The translations under genes were made by a program, and so were the position numbers. From Hydrurus foetidus (taxonomy: Eukaryota): 43,676 nt of DNA. Positions 22,373 to 31,403 of the stretch are shown one piece after another. Positions within the stretch are counted from its first letter, which is position 1; every line of letters begins with the position of its first letter. The notes under the pieces were generated by a model. It ran no database searches. It saw only the letters and a program-made list of their open reading frames with translations, and was not told the origin of the DNA. The stretch spans positions 1 through 43,676 of the forward strand of contig UYFQ01000376.1 of NCBI GenBank assembly GCA_900617105.1, read 5' to 3'.

Positions 22373-22397
22373 CAAAATGCTCCGAAGGGGCCGCTGC

Positions 22398-23570
22398 TCA
22401 TCCCGCTGTGTGTGGAGGTAACCAACTCCAGACATCCTTAGTTGTGAGCTTAGTACCACCAGCGTTGGAGTTTGATGCTAATGGACCTTGTGCTCCCGAG
22501 TGATAGTCGTAAACTCCCCTCATTACCTGAGATCCTTCCACATAGCCCCCTCTATCCAGCATGTCAGACTCCGACACTCCCATCGCCCTCATTTGGGTCG
22601 TTGCTCCCTTTCTTAGCGAGTGGGACGAAAAATAGTTTGGCGGTAAACCAGCATCCTTGCAGATTCCTTTCACCGCATTCCTGACCATTTTTCCCCACAG
22701 TGTCTTCCTATCAAGTTGGTTCGAGTTCTTCCTCGCGAGGTATCTGCAGAACAACTCGTCCGTTGGCTTTACTCCTGAGAAAGCCACGAATGTGACTAGA
22801 TCGTCCAAGAACTGGGCTTCCTCTGCTGATCTCCGGCCGACCACCTTTGCTTTTACAGGTGCTCCTGTTTTCTGAGTAGATGCATGTACCTGGAACCCCA
22901 CCACGGCTGATGTGCAGCTGTTACCAAGCCGTACCTCAGTAAAGAATGCTCCTCCTCCGATGACCTGATAGTCCTCTAAACCATTGACGACGGTAAAGAT
23001 TAAGTCTCGGCATCTAACGCAATGATCTTCAGCATCCACTTCGTGGCTCGTATATTCCGAGACTCTAGCATCCATTTCATATCCCCACATACAGCCTATG
23101 TATGTCATCCTGCAGTCCATGTCCACTCGGTCCCAACCTCGGCCCTCCCAGAGTTTCTTTCTCAAATCTATAAGAAGGCTTTCGCATATCGGGATTTTGG
23201 TCGTCGTGCTGGATGGTCCGTCCTTCTTATCTCGCAGCTCCTTTACAGTCAGACGACATGCTGCTCGCGCGGCTGTTATCATTGACGATTCCAAAAAGGC
23301 AGTGGAATGAAGGGCCGCAATGAAATGCAGTCGGATTCCAGCCGTGATGGCCGTTGCCTGCTTCTCCCTTGCTCCCCCTTGGTGACGATTTTGCAATAAC
23401 AACGCGACCGCTATAGATTTTTGTTCATCTGGCCAGGTTGTCAGCAAAGGGCATGTCTCGCCGAGTTCCTCCGCAAGAAATTTGCACCAGATTCGCCAGT
23501 GACCCTCGTATGTTTTCTCTGTCTTCCGAGTAACCGACGACTTGAGGAAGACTCCTAAACTAGTTGTCAT
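22398..23570 (-). CDS. Tyrosine recombinase
   Basis: ARVSEY (catalytic R), K in TQKTG, SSHSLRKGATT (HxxR), DRGGY...VY; intact 390-aa ORF. Confidence 0.92.
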   Translation of the reverse strand: MTTSLGVFLKSSVTRKTEKTYEGHWRIWCKFLAEELGETCPLLTTWPDEQKSIAVALLLQNRHQGGAREKQATAITAGIRLHFIAALHSTAFLESSMITAARAACRLTVKELRDKKDGPSSTTTKIPICESLLIDLRKKLWEGRGWDRVDMDCRMTYIGCMWGYEMDARVSEYTSHEVDAEDHCVRCRDLIFTVVNGLEDYQVIGGGAFFTEVRLGNSCTSAVVGFQVHASTQKTGAPVKAKVVGRRSAEEAQFLDDLVTFVAFSGVKPTDELFCRYLARKNSNQLDRKTLWGKMVRNAVKGICKDAGLPPNYFSSHSLRKGATTQMRAMGVSESDMLDRGGYVEGSQVMRGVYDYHSGAQGPLASNSNAGGTKLTTKDVWSWLPPHTAG

Positions 23571-23597
23571 CGCTGAGGAAATTCTGTGGCCTGTGAT

Positions 23598-26039
23598 TTA
23601 ATTAAAAGAGGGAAGGAAGAGATGGGAAGGTGGGTTAGTGATTAAGCTCGCTCCCACTGTCTCCTTGATCTCTTTCCAAAACACAATGAAGTCCCCTTCG
23701 GAATTGAAAGGTCTGTCCGGTCGACAGCATTCTACTAATTTCTGAGCCTTCGAGTCATTCTCCAGCATTAGATCCCGAACCCCTCCCAGTCCAATACCCA
23801 CGAGGATGTCTGCTACTGCTAGGCCTGATTCGGCCATACGCGATAATTGATCGCATCGATAGTTGGCTTCTCCCCCAATGTGGGTTGCCTCCTTTGCCTC
23901 AATGCCATGCGACACGCATAGCAGGGTAAAGACCATGGCGGCGTTGGTAACCACCTTGCCTCTGGGTCTCTCAGTTCTTGCCCAAGTAAGAGCAGACAAA
24001 CTGTCGCCCCGCAACTCGATGTCCTCATTGCTGACCCCGAGCTTCAACAGACCTAGGATGCCTACAATAGCCCCGACGTACTCTGCCGTGTTCTGAAACG
24101 AAGAGTCGTTGCCAAACTCTAACTTTCTCAAGTCCATCGCTGTGGCCGCCACACATACCTCCACTGCGTTGAGCCTCTGATATATCAGAACTCCGGCGCC
24201 TGTTAACGAGGCGTCGAATTCAACAACATATTGCGCTGGTCGCTTGTCGAAGGACTCTAGTGACCTAGTGAATTTCGCCTCGTCATACCCAACAAGGAAG
24301 AGCATTGCTCTCCAGCAGCGGATAGCACACTTTGCTTCTTCCGAGAGTAAGAAGGTAGCGTGCCGATCGCGCCGTCCTACCGTTGCTCTATTGAGAGCAC
24401 CGCAAAAGGGTCTCATCAACCGGCAGATTCGACCATAGCGACTACCCCATGACGCCAGTTTCTGCATTGTCTTAAGTTTCATTGGCCCGTAAAGGTCCAC
24501 GGAAAGGTAGCCGTGAATGGCTGATAGGAAATTTTTCCTAGCGATTGAGACCCTCATAGTGTCAAGGTCGACGACATATCCTATAATCTCCAACCGAGTG
24601 TCGGTTTCAGTTTTCTCAACGGCAACCGCAGTAGGCCCGAGTAAACTTGTGCAGATCCTCGCCGCTTCTACTATATCAGACTCGACGTCCTCGGCGAAGC
24701 ATACTCCAATTATGTCATCCACGTACATTTCTGTATCGCTCTTAAGTCGTGACTTGAATTCCCACTTCAAAGCCCTTGTAACAACTTGGAAAGCTGCTGG
24801 AGTCGATGACCAGCCGAATATTCCACAGATTTGAAGATAGATAATGTCATCTGTGAGCTCCATGCCAAAGAGTCCAGCGTCTTCAGGCCGGAAGGACAGC
24901 AGTGTGTAGGCCCCTCGAAGATCTATTTTCCAGAGTCGAAGACGTTTCCAATTTTCTCTTGTTTTGGGCTCGATGCTCTGCTCCCAGAAGCGGAGGATCA
25001 TTTTAATGATGACCTCGATAGTCGGATGAATGATTGCACCATAGTATAGTTCCGAAGCCGCTGTTGTCTCTTCTGAATTGAGTGCGACTCCTTCGACAAA
25101 CGTGAGATCACCTATTGGTCGCCCCGACTTCTTTCCTTTCTTAGGCGTCCAGTGAGCGGTACACAGGTGAAGGTTTGGAATCGTTTGGACAGCTAGGGCC
25201 TTGGGTAGAAGAAATCCAAGTTTTTCTGCTACAGTGCTTGCTATCATCTTATTGACAGCCCCTGCAACCTTGAGATAGGATGGTCGCAGTGGTGCCAGCG
25301 GTAATTTGCCGTTAGGGACAAAACCTTCTGGTCGGGGTACTCGCATCCCCTCTGCTAGGTCCAGTAATAGGTTCCGTTCCGGGTTATCTGATAGAAGCAA
25401 ATTGATCCTCGCTGGATTGAGGCGATTTTCTTTGAGAGACCTTAGTCGTCTTCTCACCATGGTCTCAAAATCCAGCTGGGCCGCACGAAAGCAGCGGAGG
25501 TTGCTATCCAGAACGTCTTGTGAGAACTTAAAACCATTTGCCCATTCATTAGCTTCAGCTACTCCATAATTAGTACCAGCTGCCTCCACTGCCTCTGCTA
25601 TAGTATTCTGAAGTGTTTCTCGGGGAGGAGCTTCCCCATCTAAGAAATAAGCTGCCGCGCATCTCATGATTTCTATTTGCATATCCAAGTCCTTATCATC
25701 CAAGGTTGTTGTCGTTGCTGTTCTGCACCGTGCAGTTGAAGGTCTTACTTCCAACGCCTCTGATATGACCTTATTATCCCCTGCAACTGATGGTCTTGCC
25801 ATCGCTGCCTCTGATCTGCCCTCATTACCCCTCGCAACTGATGGTCTTACCATCGCTGCCTCTGACCTGCCCTCATTATCCCCTGCAACTGATGGTCTTG
25901 CCATCGCTGCCTCCGATCTGTCCCCGTAGCCCCCTGCAGTTGGTGGTCTAGCCGTTGCTGCCTCTGACCTGTTCTCTTCATTTCTTGCAGCTGACGGAGA
26001 CGTCGTCAATGCCATTGCGCTATCCTCTATGTCTTCCAT
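23598..26039 (-). CDS. Reverse transcriptase / RNase H, DIRS-order type
   Basis: KIDLRGAY, FGWSSTPAAF, YVDDIIG, IIGYVVD; RNase H EFDASLTGAG, NTAE, GDS, HIGGEANYRCDQLSR; no methyltransferase domain follows, consistent with Ngaro. Confidence 0.92.
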   Translation of the reverse strand: MEDIEDSAMALTTSPSAARNEENRSEAATARPPTAGGYGDRSEAAMARPSVAGDNEGRSEAAMVRPSVARGNEGRSEAAMARPSVAGDNKVISEALEVRPSTARCRTATTTTLDDKDLDMQIEIMRCAAAYFLDGEAPPRETLQNTIAEAVEAAGTNYGVAEANEWANGFKFSQDVLDSNLRCFRAAQLDFETMVRRRLRSLKENRLNPARINLLLSDNPERNLLLDLAEGMRVPRPEGFVPNGKLPLAPLRPSYLKVAGAVNKMIASTVAEKLGFLLPKALAVQTIPNLHLCTAHWTPKKGKKSGRPIGDLTFVEGVALNSEETTAASELYYGAIIHPTIEVIIKMILRFWEQSIEPKTRENWKRLRLWKIDLRGAYTLLSFRPEDAGLFGMELTDDIIYLQICGIFGWSSTPAAFQVVTRALKWEFKSRLKSDTEMYVDDIIGVCFAEDVESDIVEAARICTSLLGPTAVAVEKTETDTRLEIIGYVVDLDTMRVSIARKNFLSAIHGYLSVDLYGPMKLKTMQKLASWGSRYGRICRLMRPFCGALNRATVGRRDRHATFLLSEEAKCAIRCWRAMLFLVGYDEAKFTRSLESFDKRPAQYVVEFDASLTGAGVLIYQRLNAVEVCVAATAMDLRKLEFGNDSSFQNTAEYVGAIVGILGLLKLGVSNEDIELRGDSLSALTWARTERPRGKVVTNAAMVFTLLCVSHGIEAKEATHIGGEANYRCDQLSRMAESGLAVADILVGIGLGGVRDLMLENDSKAQKLVECCRPDRPFNSEGDFIVFWKEIKETVGASLITNPPSHLFLPSFN
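25727..25970 (-). repeat. 51-bp coding minisatellite (~4.7 copies of 17 aa, RSEAAMARPSVAGDNEG)
   Basis: Visible in both DNA and translation at the N-terminus of the RT ORF. Confidence 0.9.
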
Positions 26040-26126
26040 GGTAACCTCTCGTAAGATGATCTTATTTCCCCCTGGGTCCCAAACACTTCCTTGTGGCAGC
26101 CTCCTCAGAGTAGTGCCACCCTCATC

Positions 26127-27668
26127 CTACTTCTTCATTTTGTCGAGGTGCGCTAACGCTATGTCTCGTAGAGCGTCCAGTAGTCTACCAATGGTTGCCC
26201 GCACCGTAAAATCCGATAACTTTGAAAGGAGCAGGTGCCGCTTTGGGCATTCTTTTCCCTTTGAGCATATTACCCGATTGCCCTTTCCTGTGACGACCTT
26301 GAGTTGCTTGAGGATATGGTAAGAACAGATGCTCTCCGGTGTTGCCTTAGCTGCTTCAACCTTTCCCGTGCGAATAGTGGGCACGAGCTTCAAAGTCGGT
26401 TTGATGTACGTCCTAAAGTGAAGGTCTTGCCGGACCACATTGTCCCCCGCGAGGCTCGCCACGGTTGCTGCCAGCATTGATGTCAGTAGTGCTGCACACC
26501 CCGCTGGACTCGACAGCACGATATCAGGGAATGCGGCCGAGCGACTCTCACTTCGAATGGTCTTGCCCCACCTGCCCAAGCAGATGTCTATACTGTGTTG
26601 GAGTAGGTCGTCGGGCACGAGCTTCATGGGGTCGGAGGACCCGGTTAATGTCTCCTTGAGTGGTGTCATACACCCCGCAAATGCTGGGGAGTAGAAGACC
26701 CTCATCGCAATCGAAAGCATGTCTATGCTGTCCGATATCTTCCTGCGACCTTTGAGTGTCGGCGTTTCTGTCAGTGCAGGTCCTCCAGCTCCGAACACTT
26801 GCAGGCCAAGGTCCCCGTCGACGCCGAACTTGGCCTGCACGAAGGACGACACCGCTGCCTTGTCCTTTGCGATGGCGAGGTCGGCAATGTGCAAGATGAG
26901 TGGTGCATCCTGGTAGCATCCTGTTGTATCCAAGCTCGGGTCCAAAGCTGCCGCCCAGATAGACTGAAGGTATTCGCTTGCTTGGAGCACATGGCCCCTG
27001 CCTGCTATGTCCAGTTCCCTCCCCTGTGTGAGCCGCCAGACTGGTCCGAGCTCCACCTCTCTCTTCGCTGATTTTGCCATATCTCGACAACTCCTTCTAC
27101 CCCCATCAAGATCCTCCAGATATGTTTTCACTGTCGCCTCACCTGTAACTGTTGGCGCCGGCACCCCAACCTCGTCCTGCAGCGCCTCCCTTGAACGCTT
27201 CCCTGATCCCGTGGCCGGCCCCATCATCGCATTGGCCGTTGCTAGCCAGTCCCCAGTAGCAATCAAGAACATTCCCGGAGTTGGTAGCTTGACTAAGCAG
27301 CCTACTGCCAGAGGAATATCTTGCGGTTCCCCGCTGTAGCCGATGAATGAGGCATATGTAAAATGTTGGCCCGGAGCTCCACGCAATAGAAAAAAGGCGT
27401 GATCGGAGCTTCCAATATAATCAAAGTTGATGGCTTCTCCAGTGTTGGGAAGCCTCAATGGAAGAAAGAATACTGATGCCGTCGTTGGCGACTTTAATAA
27501 AGCAACGTTGTAAAGTTGAAGGCGCTCGTAATCCGCGGTTGACTCCAGTATCAGTACGCTAGCCATTGCAGACGTCTCCAGTAGTATCCCGTCGATGGCC
27601 AAATAGTTCGGCAGAAGACTGGCGAACAACGAGGTAGTGTTCAGCTCTGTAGTAGCTGGAGATGCCAT
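26127..27668 (-). CDS. gag-like ORF1 of the YR element
   Basis: Intact 513-aa first ORF after repeat A1; C-terminal Cys/His cluster (CSYH...CSKGKECPKRH). Assigned by position. Confidence 0.75.
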   Translation of the reverse strand: MASPATTELNTTSLFASLLPNYLAIDGILLETSAMASVLILESTADYERLQLYNVALLKSPTTASVFFLPLRLPNTGEAINFDYIGSSDHAFFLLRGAPGQHFTYASFIGYSGEPQDIPLAVGCLVKLPTPGMFLIATGDWLATANAMMGPATGSGKRSREALQDEVGVPAPTVTGEATVKTYLEDLDGGRRSCRDMAKSAKREVELGPVWRLTQGRELDIAGRGHVLQASEYLQSIWAAALDPSLDTTGCYQDAPLILHIADLAIAKDKAAVSSFVQAKFGVDGDLGLQVFGAGGPALTETPTLKGRRKISDSIDMLSIAMRVFYSPAFAGCMTPLKETLTGSSDPMKLVPDDLLQHSIDICLGRWGKTIRSESRSAAFPDIVLSSPAGCAALLTSMLAATVASLAGDNVVRQDLHFRTYIKPTLKLVPTIRTGKVEAAKATPESICSYHILKQLKVVTGKGNRVICSKGKECPKRHLLLSKLSDFTVRATIGRLLDALRDIALAHLDKMKK

Positions 27669-27713
27669 AGTATAGAGCGGTATATCGTGCTGGATACTTG
27701 ATGAGTATCGTGC

Positions 27714-28019
27714 TAAAAAACGTTCCGAACGGATGTATGAGTGCTGAGAAAACTCAATTCTAAAATTGTGCGATCGTATCTCAGTATCTTTTCTGCGATT
27801 GGATTGTCAATTGGTTTTGAACATCTGTCATTACATCTCATAACCATGGAATTCGAGCTGTCACAAGTCGAGATCCAGATCCAAATCGATGTGTACATCC
27901 GAAACGTGGTGGTGGGTTCTGGTTCACCGGCATAATTCAAAATCTCCTCTACTGTCCAGAGAACCCATCCTGGAGTTCTCTGCGGCACGCGAGCTTGCGA
28001 GGCTCCCCCCATTCTCTGA
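27714..28019 (-). repeat. Split direct repeat A1
   Basis: Matches 21900-22205. Confidence 0.92.
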
Positions 28020-29797
28020 AAGTCTTCAAATTAGCTATCACTGAGTCCGTCACACTACACTTTCCAGACTACTCGCTGCCATGGGTTATTCGATCAGACT
28101 CTTCTGATCACACCGTCGGCGCTGTTCTGTTTCAAGAGTACACAGACTACAATGGCACAGTCATACACCAACGAATCGCATTTGCCTCACATAAATACTC
28201 TGGAGCTGCAGTCAATTGGAACACCTTCAAACAAGAAGTGTATGCGCTTTATTATGCAGTCACTCAATTTAACTACTACCTACGTGGTAAACCGTTCCTA
28301 ATGGAAACCGACCACCGCAACCTTGTCTGGATTGAGACCAGCCATGTTCCGATCGTTGTTCGCTGGCTTGTTCTTCTCCAGAGCTTTGTCTTTGACGTCA
28401 AGCATATACCCGGCAAGAACAATACTGTCGCAGATTGGCTCTCACGCATGTACCCTCCGCCTACAACACAAACGACTCTATCTACCATCTCAACTCCTCT
28501 TACTGTACAGCACATGTTTGATGCTGTTCACGGTGGTCGCTCACTACACCACGGTGCAAAACGTACTTACCTTGCTCTCTGTCGACAATTTCCTGGCCAT
28601 GGTATCCCTCTACGTGTTGTTCAAGATCTTGTGTCTGAATGTCCTATCTGTCAGAAGGATCGACTCCAAATGCACACAATTCCCAATAATGAGATCGGTG
28701 AGACAATTTTTCATCATCCTCGGTCGATAGGAATCGATCACGTCACTGTCACTCCACACGACGAAGATGGATATGTCGGTCTACTTCTTGTCGTAGAACT
28801 CGACACAAAGTTTCCTCAGGCTTATCCCATCCGAGATTACACGGCCACAACAGTTGCACTTATACTGTTCAAACACTACTGCACCTTTGGATCCTATGAC
28901 TCTCTGTACTCCAATCCTGGGAGTGCATTCACCGCCGAAATACTGAACCATCTCAATCGCTGGATCGGTATTCCACACCGAATATCCCTCGTCGGAAGAC
29001 ACGAATCAAATGGTACAGAACACGTAAATGCTCAATTCATGGGACATTCACGTAGACTAGTACATGATGAAAGATCTACAAATCAATGGGCCTCCGACAC
29101 AGTCCTACCCCTAATCAATCACGCACTTATGACGATGCCAAACACCGAAATTGGAGGCCTGTCTCCCGTCGAACTCAAATTCGGCACGCGAGATCATGCA
29201 CAGTTCCAACTTCCGCCGCCACTACTGCCAGGACACAAGTATTGTGACCTTGTAACAGCCCTTGATCGCAATCTAGCAATAGTACGATCAATAACCAGCA
29301 CATATCAGAAATCACTACGCAGCAAAAATCAATCCAACACGCCTTCACGTTCGCACAATATATACCAAACTGGAAACTTCATCCTATGGAATCCATTAGA
29401 GACTCCACAATCCCTACGATCCAGTAAGCTTTCTCCAAAGCTCTTCGGACCCTACGAAGTTATACAACAAATAAAAAACGATATTAGATGCAAACATGTC
29501 GTTACCAACATCATCTCAGTACTACACTCAAGCAGAGTTACACCATTCGTTGGTTCTACAACCGATGCACAAACATCAGCACTTCTCGACCGTGATGAAT
29601 TCATTGTCAATTCAGTCATTACTCACCGTGGAAATGCTAAGAAAGTGTCCTCCCTCGAGTTCCTAATCCGCTGGTTCAACTACTCCTCAGCACATGATTC
29701 ATGGGAATCATGGGCTGAAATAAAAAAGGTATCGGTTGTACACGACTATCTCGAACAAAACAACATGTCAAACATCATTCCACAACAGTACAAGTAA
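28019..29797 (+). pseudogene. pol: Gypsy-D RNase H, integrase and chromodomain (3' part of pol)
   Basis: RSDSSD, ETDHRNL, HIPGKNNTVADWLSR; HGGRSLHHG...CPIC; GIDHV, ESNGTE; FGPYEV; chromodomain LEFLIRWFNYSSAHDSWESW. Confidence 0.92.
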
Positions 29798-29924
29798 ACT
29801 TACCTTCGGACTCCATCCTGCTCCAGCTGGAACACTTCAGACTTTGAGAACACGTCTGAGGCTTGCCCACATTCCTTTTCCCACTCAATGAAACATGACC
29901 GAAGCTACTATGTGAGGACGGCAT

Positions 29925-30048
29925 TCAAAATGTGGGTTTTCCCCCTAAAATAACACTATATTTAGTTATCTTCGCTTTCTTTCCCTTCTCATACAAGTCA
30001 AAATAATAGCAATCCGTCAAATCAATCATCTTTCCTGCCAAGTTCTCA
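29925..30048 (-). pseudogene. C-terminal piece of the Gypsy-D antisense accessory ORF
   Basis: After removing Gypsy-E and one TSD the frame continues IDFSI|ENLAGKMIDLTDCYYFDLYEKGKK...PTF* with stop at 29925-29927. Confidence 0.7.
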
Positions 30049-30052
30049 ATGC

Positions 30053-30260
30053 TGTGGCTCCCTCAGGGTCTGCTACCCCATTCAGCCGATTAGATGCTGT
30101 TTCCACCTTAGTACCTTCGTGTTCACAGCCACGACTATCAGTCACTAGCTAGTTTGTGCTGCTTTGCAGAAGTTACTAGCGTACCTTCTGTTTGCATCCC
30201 TAACTAACAAGCTCCTTTTAGCCTTTAGACCTCCCTTCTCTTTTGCCTTCCAAGGTCACA
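30053..30260 (+). repeat. Gypsy-E 5' LTR
   Basis: TGTGG...GTCACA; matches 38452-38659. Confidence 0.9.
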
Positions 30261-30496
30261 ATGCTAAAATCAATACTGCCCTTAGTACATGCATTACTTC
30301 CTTAGATCTACTTCCTTTAGTTTCTCTTCTTTAGACCCTATCCTCCTACTCTAAGCTACCCTCTTCTACGCTACCCTGCTGCCCTAACTCTCCCGATTAC
30401 CCTGCGTGGAGAATCTCGAATTTTATTCGAAATTCTCGTTTGCGAGCAATTCTTACTGTCGCGAGCAAGTCTCCGAAGTCTGGTTGCCGTAAACCA

Positions 30497-31206
30497 AGTC
30501 ACTCGGATTGAGATTCATCTCCCGATACTTGACTGTCTTGTGGTTGCTCGAGTTCCATCTCAGCAATCCCATATCTTTGTGCAGAGTTAACCCAGTTAAC
30601 TTCTGCTCATATTTCACTCCAAGCTTTGCTTGATTGACGTCCGTGGATAGCTTTGTCTTCCACGCCGTTCTCTTAGTCACTCGGGTTGAGATTCATCTCC
30701 CGATACTTGACTGTCTTGTGGTTGCTCGAGTTCCATCTCAGCAATCCCATATCTTTGTGCAGAGTTAACCCAGTTAACTTCTGCCCATATTTCGCTTCAA
30801 GCTTTGCTTGATTGACGTCCGTGGATAGCTTTGTCTTCCACGCCGTTCTCTTAGTCACTCGGGTTGAGATTTATCTCCCGATACTTGACTGTCTTGTGGT
30901 TGCTCGAGTTTCATCTCAGCAATCCCATACCTTTGTGCAGAGTTAACCCAGTTAACTTCTGCCCATATTTCGCTTCAAGCTTTGCTTGATTGACGTCCGT
31001 GGATAGCTTTGTCTTCCACGCCGTTCTCTTAGTCACTCGGGTTGAGATTTATCTCCCGATACTTGACTGTCTTGTGGTTGCTCGAGTTTCATCTCAGCAA
31101 TCCCATATCTTTGTGCAGAGTTAACCCAGTTAACTTCTGCCCATATTTCGCTTCAAGCTTTGCTTGATTGACGTCCGTGGATAGCTTTGTCTTCCACGCC
31201 GTTCTC
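30497..31206. repeat. Tandem repeat, 4 x 178 bp, in the Gypsy-E 5' UTR
   Basis: Unit starts (AGTCACTCGG) at 30497, 30675, 30853, 31031; few differences between units. Confidence 0.95.
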
Positions 31207-31403
31207 GTGGTTGGTCGAGCAAGTCTCCCAATCCCGGCTCATTTTGTACGGATTGATTCATTCATCCGTCCAGAACCTGCTTGACTTATTTGCTTCGCCT
31301 AATCGTCTGTTTGATTTTCATCCAAACGGCACGAGGCGAAGCCCTTGCAAATTTTTTTGGCGACTCTCGCTATTTAAATTGTCAAGACATAAGTCATCTA
31401 ACG

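Larger units (their letters stand above)
21657..28019 (-). mobile_element. Tyrosine-recombinase retrotransposon (DIRS order, Ngaro/PAT-type split direct repeats)
   Basis: Element orientation: A1 (28019-27714), gag-like, RT/RH, YR, B1 (22372-22217), A2 (22205-21900), B2 (21827-21672). No TSD; removing 6362 bp restores the Gypsy-D frame (YNHLF-[E/K]-VFKLAI). Confidence 0.92.

Noticed and set aside
21660..22400. Hammerhead ribozyme in the YR element termini
   Set aside because: No CTGANGA...GAAA core with supporting stems found by eye on either strand; a covariance-model search would be needed to exclude it.
21845..22503. Small ORFs in the YR repeats (also 27713-28012)
   Set aside because: They lie within non-coding A/B repeats, are duplicated with them and have no motifs.
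30453..30858. Repeated short minus-strand ORFs (MTKRTAWK...)
   Set aside because: By-products of the 178-bp repeat; period is not a multiple of 3 and starts are non-ATG.
30497..31206. CRISPR-like array
   Set aside because: Units are contiguous 178-bp copies with no unique spacers, no cas genes, eukaryotic context.
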